A stretch of DNA of 64,000 nucleotides, taken from Takakia lepidozioides (taxonomy: Eukaryota; Plantae; Bryophyta). The position numbers were made by a program, and so were the translations under genes. The stretch covers positions 46,872,001 to 46,936,000 of the forward strand of contig CM060734.1 in NCBI GenBank assembly GCA_030704615.1, written 5' to 3'. The notes beneath the pieces are model-generated. The model did no database searches, was not told the origin of the DNA, and was given only the letters and a program-made list of their open reading frames with translations. Positions 1 through 12,413 of the stretch are shown piece by piece (positions within the stretch are counted from its first letter, which is position 1; the number at the start of each line of letters is the position of its first letter).

Positions 1-3000
1 TGTTAGAGCCTGAGGGAATGATCTCTTGCTCATCCAGATGTCCTTCAAATCTGTTGTCGTCCTCATCATCATTTTCATCTAAATCAGGCCTCCCAGTCCC
101 CCTAATCTGTCCTATCAAATCTGCAAACAAACCATCTCCATCATTACCTTCTGAATACTCAGGCAACTTCCTTGCCTCATCGCTCCTCTCCGTATGACCA
201 TCATCATAAGATACCCGGAGAAGGATTGTTTCATCACTCAAACCGCTCTCGGCATGTGGATCTTCAGAAATGTCCACAAGTTTCTCCATCTGTAGCCCAT
301 TCTCTTGAACAAAATCACTCCAGTCATCTCCCCCAAATGCTACCTCATCCTCAGTGGTTTGAATCAGCCAGAGGTTGTTGCTCTTCCTCCCAAAGTGAGT
401 ATGAGGCAAAGAACTTTCACCAGCTGGCAGAGAAACTTCATCATCGTTGTCTGACCCAACCCCAAACATGGACTCACACTCAGATGTGTCTTCACAGTCA
501 GAAAACCCCTCCTTTGTAACCACCTGTTCAAGACTTTCCTGTGTCTTTACCTGCTCAATTGTTACACCTTCCAAATCACACTTGACCGGGTCCAGCCCTT
601 TGTCTGGAGACCCAGCTATGTTACCGCTACCAATATTCTTCACCCTTTCCTCTCTATATTGGCTACATATAGCCGTAAAACCACCATTTGAGGACACCAT
701 CTGTTCACCTAATCCAGCAGTGCTTGCTCCAGGGGAACTACAAGGGCTTAGAGGCGGGGAGAGAGCATTGACAGCAGATGTGTGGCTGCTAGCGTCCCTG
801 GAAGTTTGCATGTTGACCTCTCCCACAGGCACCTCCTCCATCTGCCAGCTCTTTGCTTCATCATCTTCTTGGATAAAAACAAGTCTGGACCTGAAACTTG
901 CATCAGAATTTGCTGTATACTTCTCACCTTTGACATCTCCACTGGCAAGTGCGCTTGATTGCTGAGGTCCACTATAAACACTTAGCTGTCCAATGTCCGG
1001 GTCTGGATCGTCAGCTGCGTAACCTTCTCTGACCTCATCCAAGTGGTTGGACCTATCAGACTCTAAGGCCTTAGAAGTTGAGGACCCAGGCTCAAACGGA
1101 GGTGATTCCAGGTGGTCAAGGGCCGCACCTGAATCTACAGTTAAGTCTATCGGAACTGCATCAAGAGCCATTGCAATGGAAAGAAGTTCATCGATTATGT
1201 CATCTCTTCGAAGTAAGCCCCAAGCCTCATACCACTTCTCCAAGAGCTTTTGCTGTTTCACCAGCAATTTCAGCCGTGCACCCATTGACCCTGTATTCAA
1301 TGACTGTCGAATCCATGCCCGTAATCTGCCGGCACTAGTCCTAACCCAGGTAGGTGTATCGACAGGCTTAAGTCCAACAGAACCCCAAAAAATCTCGTTT
1401 TCTGCAACAGGATCCAAAGGCAGACGATGCTCCAAAATTGCCAACGAGTTAAACAAGGAAGCAGGATCTTTGCCAGAACTCCATTGTGCCCACCTGGACC
1501 TCCCATCTTTCAGGCCATGTCCAAGTGCCTGTTCCAGCAAGCTACTGAAAAACGTGATTGCCACGACACTGTCACCCAAGGGATTTCCCTTGCCTTTAAC
1601 AGCCTCCCCCAGCACGTTTTTCAGGGAATGTTTCAAGTCTAGTACAAGCTGATTGCCATGCTCCATATCTGAAGTGGAAAAGGCTTCTGTGGTCAACATG
1701 TCAGACCTATTATCCTGCAACAACAATGATGTCATTCCTATCACAAGGCATTGCTGAATGATATGATTACTTCGTTGCTATTGAGGCCACAGACAGCTTC
1801 ACTGGGTGGAAACTACTGCAGGGCCAGTTGAACATACCTTCCAGCTTCACCCACTGAAAGGAGAATTTATTTCACATGTTCCAGTCAATCAAGATGGTTG
1901 GGCCTCTTTAGGATTGTTGACTCCTCCTGACTGGAAACCGTTCCAGCAGTTTGAGTGTGTGGACCCTGGCCCTATGGCTGTGCCACCAATCTCTGGGTTT
2001 GTAGTGGGCAATGATCTAGGTAACCCATGTTGCTGATGCAATCACCTAGCTCTAAATAGAGATTCACTATGCACACTTAGTGCTGATGTTCAATTGGCTA
2101 TGTTGACTTATCCCATCTGAATATGCAAACTAAAGTTGAGGGTCAAAAGGGGCACTGACCCTGCAACTCCCAGTTCCCACACCATCAGCGGAGCCGCTCC
2201 TAGGCTCCTTCACGAGTGTGTGCATAGTAGAATTCAGGTTATGTGATCCAGCTGTGCTCTCTTCCATGGAAAGAGGCTGAGATGACGAAACCAAAGTATA
2301 CCTCAATCCTTCATTGCCAGTGGTTGAGGAAGTACCCAGCCAAGACTTGAAACCCACTGGAGCACTTGAAACGGCCTTAGCAGAACCCCCTGAAATGAGC
2401 TCCTCTGCAAGGGAAGCGAAGGCAAAGGAGAGATCCAGCACTGTCAATGTAATTGTTAACATATGGACTCAAGGATTTCTCTAAATCAAGGTCAGTTGTG
2501 TTTCCGAGTTACTGCAAAGAAAGTTTGTGATACCAGCTTTTTGTTAAAGGAAGAAGTTCACTCATATTGAATTCGAGTCTAATTGTCATTGTGTCATGGG
2601 ATATTACGTGCAAGATGTATAAGTACAAGGTTGGAAGATGATTTCAAGCCAGATCAAGAGAACATCACTAAGCTTGATTCTGTAGCCTCAATCTTTAACA
2701 CCTGCACAAGCATGGCTTGTCATTAAGGATAACACGTCCTGGAATCAGTATCTTGTAAGAGATTATGTCCAAAATCCTTATAGCTAAAATGTTATGTCTA
2801 TGTTGGAAGCAGAAGAGGAGGATCAGACTGACCTTGAACTCTCCATTGTTCCAAACCATCAGGACTGAAATTTCCATTCGTAACCAGTGTTGCGGAAACC
2901 CTTTCCCCAAGTGAAAAGTCAGAAGATGGGTCCCCAATAGAAGGCACACCACCAGATATCAAATCTTTAGTCGCTAGGTCATCTTCTATAACTGTGGACA

Positions 3001-3172
3001 CTACTTGTGTGCTTTGCACCGGAATCTCCACCCTATGTTCACCCTGGCTGCTTTGTGGTGTGAGGGATCCTCCACCAATCCCCACTTCTGGGCCCTCCCA
3101 GAATGACACAGTGAACTTTCCATCTCCGTCATCTGTGAACTCTTTGACTCTACCAGCCTCAAGTTTAGCCAT
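1..3172 (-). CDS. RUN-domain protein followed by a long acidic low-complexity region; 3' end lies beyond the left edge
   Basis: Phase-consistent exons are 3172-2833 (ATG; donor AG|gtcagt), 2440-2160 (gacag|TG; AGG|gtcagt) and 1714-<1 (ttgcag|GAT). The last frame has an ATG at 1699 yet is absent from the ORF track, as expected if it runs off the edge with no stop. It translates ...LLEQALGHGLKD...VRTSAGRLRAWIRQSLNTGSMGARLKLLVKQQKLLEKWYEAWGLLRRDDIIDELLSIAMALDAVPIDL (about 1660-1140), which matches RUN blocks (LExxxxHGLK; GRxRAWIRxxLN; YxxWxLLR). Confidence 0.8.
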
Positions 3173-3896
3173 AGACGATTCTTCAGCAGCAACGTATGCC
3201 CACCATGCTCACACAAAGCCATCCCTGCCCGTTAAATTGCTTTCTTATCCATGACCAACTCAGATTCTACAGTACTAACTCAGTTGATTGATCTGAATTC
3301 CATAGCAATACTCCAAAGGTAAGCTGTCTCCAAATGGTTTTAGTTGCAGCACCTTCTGGATTTCCCGTGAGAAACACACCACAAATTTATGAGTTAGGAC
3401 ATACGAAGAGAACTGAGTTCCGCATAGCGTCGACCATGTGTGTGTGAGAGAGAGGGAGAGAGAGCTAGCCGTGGTCGCCTAAGTCTCAGATTCTGCAACT
3501 TACTGAAGTGGCACGAGAAGAGTTGGCAACCCCGGCAAACCAAAGACCGCCCACTTTTTACTCTGACAGGATTTGCAGAAGAATTCTTGAAACAGACAAG
3601 CCCACCAGTTCACCAAATAGTGAAAAGGGAAAGCCTCCAAGTTAAGAAATCTAGGCTCCCTTCGTTCAGAAACTCTTGCAACTCAAGAGCAGGACTTGCA
3701 CCTCCAACCACTTTTTGTTGTTTGTTAAGAATAGCTGAGGGCATTACTCATTATTCCATTTCACCACGAATTGTGTATAATGCGATCGCTTGAGGAGCAG
3801 AAATAACAGATTTTCCCACACTGTTTGATCGTCTTCTACTCTCAGATGCACTAGTTCTGTTGGTGACAGACCCCGGAGTGAAGCAGGTACAGCGCA

Positions 3897-3929
3897 TTTG
3901 TGTGTGTGTATAGAGAGATAGAGAGAGAT
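3897..3929. repeat. Compound (TG)n/(AG)n microsatellite
   Basis: ttgtgtgtgtgtatagagagatagagagagat, read directly. Confidence 0.7.
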
Positions 3930-4100
3930 ATTTTAAGACCCTACCGATAATCGCAAATACAAACATGCCGTACACAAATATGAAAATCTGTGAGACAACT
4001 TTGGAACTGATGCGAACCTAGCGATATCACATGGGCAGACAGGAATTACCCTAAGATTCGAGAGAACATCACTTCATCACCCTGATTGAGAATTGAGCCC

Positions 4101-4136
4101 CCTCTATATCGACCTCTATATCGACCTCTATATCGA
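4101..4136. repeat. 12-bp tandem repeat x3 in the divergent intergenic region
   Basis: Approximately (cctctatatcga)3 followed by ggtc. Confidence 0.9.
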
Positions 4137-4937
4137 GGTCAGAAACCCATGTTGTCGAGATTCTGCAGAACTGAAACTCAGCAGCCAGGCGAGACACCCG
4201 CATCCTTCATATGCATAGACACAGACGACTTCCACACCAGCTCTCCAAATTTGTAATGAGGAGATGAAGACAAGAGACTCAGGGAACAATGTGCGCTTTG
4301 TTCGTCCATCCATCGGTTTAGCCGTATATACATCGGCTGATTGTGCTTTACGGTGGTTTATGTCTTGTCACTGACGACATTCTCATGCTTATTGAGGGGG
4401 ACCCACCTGAGAGATGTTGATGCATCATGCTTATGAAGGTTACAGGAGACCGATCAGATTTGTGGGCGATGCGATTCTTGCAGCCTCTGTCATGAATCAC
4501 ACACTCCAGTGTAGAATTTGAGCTCTAGTGTGTCTCGTCTTCTTGAGTGGCGATACCTAGTGAGAATGAAACGTTGCGGGTGAGTTGAGACCACGTTTGG
4601 ATCATTTCATATGCCGGTGTAGAGATGGATGATGCACAAAGGCTTAAAGCTGCGAGGATACCGGTCACCGGCTGTGTGATGGGGTGGCCATAGAAATGCA
4701 CAGGAACAAAAGCCTACATTTGATAACGCTCAATCGTTCTACCTCTGTGTGCTTATGTTGTGACACAATCGTTTCGTTGGGGAGATTTGGCGATGGCGGT
4801 GGCGCTAATCTTCCACGATTTTATGACAAGGTTTACTACGCTCTTTTGTTAGAAATCGTTCTCTAACGCTTGCAACTAGTGAGACCATTCTCTCGTTTCC
4901 TTAAAGCTTATTAGTCGATTTGAGTGTTGGTTTTCAG

Positions 4938-7900
4938 AATGTGGAGGAGCTGTGAATGCATGCAAATTTCTCAAGATATTTCAGGGAGAGAATGTAGGTC
5001 TCTTTATGATGAGGTGTGTATTAGTAGAATGGTTTCCTCCATCTTACACCTGGAATCGATGTTTTCGGACGAACTCTCAGGTTCCCTGATTGAAGCCAAA
5101 TGCCAAGGCGCACTAATGAATTGGAACAATGGGACAGATCTGGCATCTTAACTGTGTGCCTGTCAGCAATGAGAACTGCCTAGTTGCTCTGGCAATTGAG
5201 TTACCATCCATTTCTTTCCAATTGCGGATTTAGTGGACATGCCTGATTCTGCGTTAGTTACAAAAAGCTACTGAAGCCTTCTTCTGGAATGCTGGCTGGC
5301 CCAAAGACCGCGACCATAAATGTGCCATTGGCATGTTTCTGTTTGGTCTCTGCTGTCGCACCAAGGTGTCTGGTTCCTCATTGTCTGCTTGAGAGGCTGT
5401 GAAGAACTGACTCGATTGCTTAGTTGCTACCGCAATTTAACCACCATCGAATTTCCTCCAGAGTTTTCCCTAGGTGAAACAAATTGGAACTGCAAAACTG
5501 ATTCCGAGATAGTTACAAGAAGGCAGGACCATAAGTGGTCTTGCATGTTTGTATTTCTGCTTTGTTTTGTTGTGTTGTGTTGCCTTCAAGGTGTTTGCTT
5601 GAGAGGCAACATTAAGTGAAGTATCTGTTGCTCAGCATTACCTATGATCCTTTCAGGATTTGAGCAACTGACTTTATAGCTCTCTATTCTCTTTCTAATC
5701 TATGTTGCTTGAGTGCAGGGTTATTACAATTTCTGTGGTTGTTGGTGGCATGCAGGGCGGTGGCACTGGAGGAACTGCAAAAGCTAAGCAGCCAATTGCT
5801 TCAGGGATTCCATCAGGATCTTGGTTGGTTATCTCCCAGTTATTATGTTGGAATCACTTGGTGTAGAGTTATTTGCTCACAGAAGCTACTTGAATTGTCA
5901 TATTGCTTCCATTGCATGCAGTGTTTGAGAAGGCTAATATATTGTGATTTCTTGAAATTGGAATTGTAAGGTATGAGCAGTGCCTTGAGGAAATTTGCCG
6001 TAAGGCCACAACCCAAAATTACCATAGTTTAACTGTCAACAACCTGCCAGAGGCTGAAGGGAGTGGGGATTCAAGGGCTGATAATGACATCATGCCAGAA
6101 AAGTTGGTCCCTGCACTGCTCCTCTAGCTCTCTAGTTTGCAACAGATGTGACACCTGTGTCTTGGTTGCATTTCCAGTCGTACTGTCAGAACAGTACATA
6201 GGGAAAGAGACAAGGAAAAAGCTTTCTAATCTTCACAGAGATTGGCATATTTAATTTTCAAGATGACGGTAGACCAAGCTTATGCTATATTTCTGTGTAA
6301 TTCTTTTCTTTGAATGATGGGTGTAGAGGTGTTCCATAGGCCACCACTCCATGAAACGTCAGCTGTTGTAGCAAGCGTTATGGCAAGGGCTCCCAGTGAG
6401 CGGCTGAAGGAGTACAATGATGCAGGCTGTCGCCATTTTCACACTGATCAAGTTGTCGTGGTGAAGTGTGAGTATAGGATCTCTCTCTCTCTCTCTCTCT
6501 CTGTCCCTTTTGTTTATTCCAAGGTAAGTCTTACGACCGGCGTCAGCCCCTGACAAAGGTAGGTTCTGTCCCTTTGTGTTCCACTCAAACTGGGCGTGGG
6601 GTCAATGGCCACAAGGCTACGGCAAACGTCTTATGAGTACATTCTCTCTCTGTCTCTTGGACCTTTGGGGGCTAGAGGCTAACGTCAGTAAATGTGCAGT
6701 GGTGGCATTCAACGACCGAGGGGAGGGAGGAGGTGATCTCAAGTGGCAGTAGCGAAGTCAACAGATTCCGGTCCTCCCTTCCTACACATACCTCGGCGTT
6801 GAGTTTTCCTCCAACTGTAATTGGGATGCACATATTCAAAAAGTCGTTCAATCTGGCAAGAGAAAAGTGCTGGGTCTCATCAAATTTTTCCACTGCAGAA
6901 GGATCAACTCTGAAGTAAAAAAAACCATGCTTTGTCGCGTTATTAGGCCTGCCTTGGAGTACGCATCTGCAGTATGGGTTGATAACTCCAACCAGGCTAA
7001 TCCCTATAATCCATTCAAGTGGGGGTGCTTAAGGAGTACATGTCAGCATGCTCCAAAACAGCCATCGGGGTGAGTTCGGCATCCCTTTCTTAAGCTCCCG
7101 ACGAGATGAATTCAAGGTCAGATGGTGGGGTCAGCTGCAACATATGTCTAATATCAGATATCCTTAGAAGAGATTCTCAAGGATCTGAATCTAAGCCCAC
7201 AAGTCTTGACCCTGCTGGATAAATCCGACTTAGAGGCTGTAGAGTCCAAAGCCATGTCTGTTGCCAGGAAATTGTCTGATGACAATGTAGTTAGGCAGAA
7301 AACTTCCCTGAACTTGTTTCCAGTCTGTGACATGGGAGAGGCCATCGTGGATGACCTCAAGGGTTTACCCACCCTCGGCAGTAGACTGCAATTTAAACTC
7401 AGGGCGGGAAGCCTACTTTTGAACAGCAAACAGATGCAGAGAGGATGAGGTATTGCAATTGCCCGTTGGGTGGGGAACCTGAAGACACTATTCAATTTCT
7501 GATTCATTGTCCTGGGTACTCTCACGAGAGAGACGCCCGCGTCAGATCCATCAAGGGAATTGTGCCTCAAACCTCTGTTTACCAACTTTGAAAGTCTTGA
7601 GGCTGAGCCCAAAGCCCAGGCCCTGTTGGGGCCTAGTTATTGGGCAAACCACGCACAGCAGATTGATGCTTGTGTGAAGGGATTTCTAGAGGATATCTGG
7701 AAAACTTGGATTAATTGTCTGTTCCAAGGTAAGTCATATTACTGGCGTCAGCCCCTGACAAAGGTAGTTTCTGTCCCTTTGTGTTCCGCTCAAACTGGGC
7801 GCGGGGTCAGCGGCCACAAGGCTACGGCAATCAACGTCTTGTGAGTGCATTCTCTGTGTATGTGTGGGTGTGACATGGGTGAGGCCATCATGGATGACCT

Positions 7901-8391
7901 CAAGGATTTACCACTCTTGGCACTCGACTGAAATTCAAACTCAGGGCGGGTAGCCTACCTTTGAACGGCAAACAGACGCAGAGAGAAAAGGGGGATTGTA
8001 AGTGCCCGTTGTGTGGGCAACCTGAAGACCATATCCACTTCCTGATTCATTGTCCTGGGTGCACTCACCAGAGAGACACCCTCTTCAATTCCATCAAGGG
8101 AATGTTTCCTGTACCTCTGTTTACCAACTTGAAAATCACGTGGCTGAGCCAAAAACCCAGGCCCTTTTGGGGTCTTGTTATTGGGCAAATCACACACAGC
8201 AGATTGATGTTTTGTGTGAAGGGATTTCTAGAGGATATCTGGAAAACTCGGATCAATCGCATGTCTCAAGGTAAGTCACACTACCGGCGTCAGCCCCTGA
8301 CAAAGGTAGTTTCTGTCCCTTTGTGTCCGCTCAAACTGGGCACGGGGTCAATGGCCACAAGGCTATGGCAAACAACGTCGTATGAGTACAT

Positions 8392-8423
<32 letters not shown>

Positions 8424-11400
8424 CTCATATCTTCACTCTAAGCCAGATTATCCAGGGAAGGAAAAAAGAAGGGAAACCCACTTATGTTTTTTTCCTGGAT
8501 GTCAAAAAAGGCTTATGACACAGTGTGGAGAGATGGCCTATGGTTCCGCCTCTGGTCTTGTGGGATCAAGGGAAAGATGTGGAGAGTTGTCCACAACTTG
8601 TATGCTCATACCAAAAGCTGTGTCACTGTTAACGGACAGAAGTCCAACTTCTTTGACATAGACCAAGGTGTAGCTCAAGGATGCACTCTCTCCCCTCTGC
8701 TCTTCAATGTTTTCATCAATCAACTCCTCGAGGATGTGGAAAGTGAGGGATTTTGGTTAAGGGTGGGTGATACCACCATACCAGCCCTATTGTTTGCGGA
8801 TGACTTCGCAGGCATAGGGGAGACTCCAAGGGTCTACCCACTCTCGGCACTAGACTGAAATTTAAACTCAGGGCAGGAAGCCTACCTTTGAACAGCAAAC
8901 AGAAGCAGAGAGGAAAGGGAGAGTGCAATTGCCCGTTGTGTGGGCAACCTGAAGACAGTATTCATTTTCTGATACACTGTCCGGGGTTCTCTCACCAAAG
9001 AGATGCTCTCTTCAAATCTATCAAGGGAATTGTGCCTGTACCTCTGTTTACCAACTTTGAAAGTCTTGAGGCTGAGCCAAAAGCCAGGCCCTCCCGAGGC
9101 CTAGTTTTTGGGCAAATCACACACAGCAGATTGATGCTTGCGTGAAGGGATTTCTAGAGGATATCTGGAAAACCCGGATTAATTCTATATATGAAGGTAA
9201 GTCTTACTACCAACGTCAGCCCCTGACAGAGGTAGGTTCTTTCCCTTTTGTTTCCGCTCAAATTGGGCGCGGGGTCAATGGCCACAAGGCTACGGCAAAC
9301 AACGTCTTATGAGTACAATCTCTTTCTCCTCATGCGATAAGAGAACCCACGTGCACAATCCGTGAATAGGATGGGTGGGGTAGTGTACAGTGTACACATT
9401 AGAGGTGATTCTGCCTAGCACGAAACCCTCTTTCCAATCATCAAGTCAGATGCTACTCACTGCTCCTCTCTCCAATAAACTCAGTAGTGTTTAGACAGTG
9501 CCAAAGGCCTGTGACCCTCCTCAGGGGGACAGTTGTTCTGTGTCTGTGAGGTTCTGTGAACAGCCATTTCTTTCTTCTTTCTGAGTGGATGTTAGATGGC
9601 TTCCAAATTCTTCTTGCTAAAAGCTTCTTTTTGGCCTTGGATGTGGTCTCCTTCATTTGGTTACCTTTCAGATCCAAGTCTGGAGTTTACTCTGCAATTG
9701 CATGGAATGTAATGACTTTTTTCTCTGAATCTATGTCATTGTTTAGGGCCAAAAACTGGAAGGCCTGCACGGGGCCAGCTTCCACGAGGCTTTGTTGTAG
9801 CCTTGTAAAACATTCTCACTCGTTCATTGTCCAATAGTGGCACAGGAATCTAGTGGCCACAAGGCTTATAGCAAGCAAGATTTAGTGAGCATATCTCTGT
9901 TTGTCTCTCTTTCTCTCTGCTGATCTATTGGATTTCACATGTTCCCACTGATTCATTCCTGCCCTCTCCGCTGTTTTTGAGTTGCAAAGTGAATCGCATA
10001 TGTCAATGTAATTTGATGAAGAGCTCTTCTTGTAATGCTGTCGTTTTAGATTAAGCTTATGGCAGAAATACTTGTTTGCTTTCTAATGTGTGCTTGTCTG
10101 TTTTGCTGTGAAGAATTGACAGTGGACAATGCACTGAAGGGTCTCCATAGCCACGTCCAGCAAGGTCTGCTCCATGCACATGGGTCTGCTTCCCTCTGGT
10201 AGCTTTTGGGTGTAACTCCTTATTGTGTGTGCAACTTCGGTATTGGTTTGTCATCTTATGAACTCTTATTTTGGCGGCAGATCATGAAAGTGGACACTTG
10301 GCCTTTTTCCTCTTATCCAGGGTTCAGTCTTCTAGGTAGCGAAGGTTTGAGAAATTCGTGCCAGCTACCAGCCATCTACTTGCCATTTAATTACAACATC
10401 AAATGAATTCTCATGATGGAAGGATATCGAAATAATCGGGGATTCTGCTACTAAGACATTTGCTTTCCTTGATTTGAACTGAAATGCTGTCTGTTTGGAT
10501 GCCAGCTCAAATACATCTGCAAGAGATTCAGGGGCTGACGGAGCAAGCAGGTGTAGTACTTTATGAGGATTTGAATGCACAGCTGGAGAATGCCTGTCTA
10601 TCACCCCTGAGAGAGACTAATGTTGAGCAACGTCCTGGAAGCCCCAGTGAACAGGTTGTTCTCTGTACTAGCATATTGGTTGCAATCTTGGGTGTATGCT
10701 GCATGATGGATGTCATTATTTCTCTCCCTGGCAGGATGTTCCCCAGGTGTGGTGGTTACTTTGCTATGTCGTATGTCAGGTGTTTCTGAATTGGAAAGTG
10801 TTGCTCTACCTCTTGTGGCTATATTCTCGTTTTTGTGAATGTTGTTGGAGCTATCCCAACTTAAGACAGTCTCTTTTGACAGCTGTTTAGGGGTTGATAA
10901 TTGTTTGAACACTTTCAGTGCAAGTGGGACTATTCTTTCAAAGACACATGGAAGCTCCTAATGTATGTGTAATGTCAGCTCTTCCTGATTTGGAAATAAT
11001 GTGGAAGCAATCTTTCACAGGTTACTTTACCAAGGACAAAAGTACGGCAAATCTTCTCACCAGACTATGTAACCACAATGATAGCCATACAGGGCATGCT
11101 GGAGCAAGACTTTCAGATGCAGGTCTGTCTGCCTCCCTTCAATTGACACTTCTGCAGAGGCTGCTAACTGTATATGGCTCGTAAGTAGAATGTGGCAGTA
11201 GGTTAGTCCTTGCCCATGCATGCAGCAAACAGACACACTATCTCGGTACTGAGGTAGAGGAACATTTGGCTGGTAGAAAGACAAGAGGCCTTTCGTTAGT
11301 GGAGATTCTTAATATGCTGTGATCGTTTTGCAAGCCTGATTTGCAAGCCTAACAATATTAGCAAACTTGAGTGGTGTCATGTGATTCCTGACACACTTCC

Positions 11401-11740
11401 TTTCCAATAAGCCTGATTATAATAGACATCACAATCAAAATTAATCCCCCACATTGATGGAGAGATATACCTTATCGACTGTTTCTTGCAAGCATGTCAT
11501 ATTGTGATCCTACTTGAAATTGTTCTCTGAATGATGGAGCTTGAGTCTCAGAACTCTTGCTTGGATTGAGAAGTTTATGTTTTTCTGGTTGCACATTAGG
11601 AAAAAATTGTGAAGACACTGAGACTCGATACACCCTCCGAAGTTCTACAAAACTACTGCATGATGTGGACGTTAAGACCATTTGTCAACGAAACTGTTGT
11701 TGATGAGGCTCTCAGTTGGATTCGACCCTACAGGGGTTGA
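4938..11740 (+). CDS. Uncharacterised multi-exon protein with a C-terminal YCxMWxLRPFV motif (CINP-like); 5' exons uncertain
   Basis: Phase-consistent exons are 5756-5823 (AVALEELQKLSSQLLQGFHQDL), 10506-10654, 11021-11122 (...DYVTTMIAIQGMLEQDFQMQ) and 11600-11740 (EKIVKTLRLDTPSEVLQNYCMMWTLRPFVNETVVDEALSWIRPYRG*). Tentative upstream exons are 4938-5013 and from 5258. The 4.7-kb intron 5824-10505 is filled with LINE pieces. Confidence 0.6.
6510..9325 (+). mobile_element. Head-to-tail array of LINE family A fragments (RTEX/L2-like non-LTR retrotransposon)
   Basis: Four 3' ends (...[17 protein letters not shown](CT)n near 6640, 7848, 8390 and 9318). RT core at 8423-8827 (FLDVKKAYDTVWRDGLW, GVAQGCTLSPLLF, LFADD). 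C-terminal CPLCxxxEDxxHFLxHC zinc finger. Frameshifted and internally deleted. Confidence 0.9.
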
Positions 11741-11982
11741 AGAATTATGAACACGTCTCAGCATTTTGGATCAAACCATGTTGCATGTTCTTATGGAGGA
11801 TCCAATGCTGGCTTCAACATAGGTTGTTGCTGTGGGTGGTTGTGGGACATTTGTTATTTGGGGATTTTTAAGGCTCTGTTGTGGCCTGAGGCAATAAAAA
11901 ACACTAATAAGGATTGGGAGTGGCATTACAAAGTATGACATGTCAAAAGGCATGGTCTCTCTCTCTGTCTTTCTCTCATATC

Positions 11983-12413
11983 AAGCCTACCTTTGAACAG
12001 CAACTGAAACAGAGAGGAAAAGGGGATTGCAAATGCCCGTTGTGTGGGCAACCTGAAGACAATGTTCATTTTCCGATTCATTGTCCTGGTACTCTCACCA
12101 GAGAGACGCCCTCTTCAAATCCATCAAGGGATTTGTGGATGTACCTCTGTTTACCAACTTCGAAAATCTCGAGGCTGAGCCAAAAGCCCAGGCCCTTTTG
12201 GGGCCTAGTTATTGGAAATCACACACTGCAGATTAATGATTGTGTGAAGGGATTTCTAGAGGATATTTGGAAAACTCAGATCAATTTTCTGTTCCGAGGT
12301 AAGTCATACTACCGGCGTCAGCCCTGTAGTTTGTCCCTTTGTGTTCCACCCAAACTGGGTGCGGGGTCAATGACAACAAGGCTACGGCAAACAATGTCTT
12401 ATGAGTACATTCT
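11983..12413 (+). mobile_element. LINE family A, 5'-truncated 3' fragment
   Basis: Same zinc finger and tatgagtacattct terminus as the other A copies; preceded by a CT-rich run. Confidence 0.9.

Noticed and set aside
172-1652. Plus-strand ORFs of 115-201 aa
   Set aside because: Antisense shadows of the long minus-strand RUN exon, with no recognisable motifs.
10919-10962. Possible extra exon (CKWDYSFKDTWKLL) of the CINP-like gene
   Set aside because: Its best donor leaves phase 2 and gives a stop in the next exon; the model is in frame without it.
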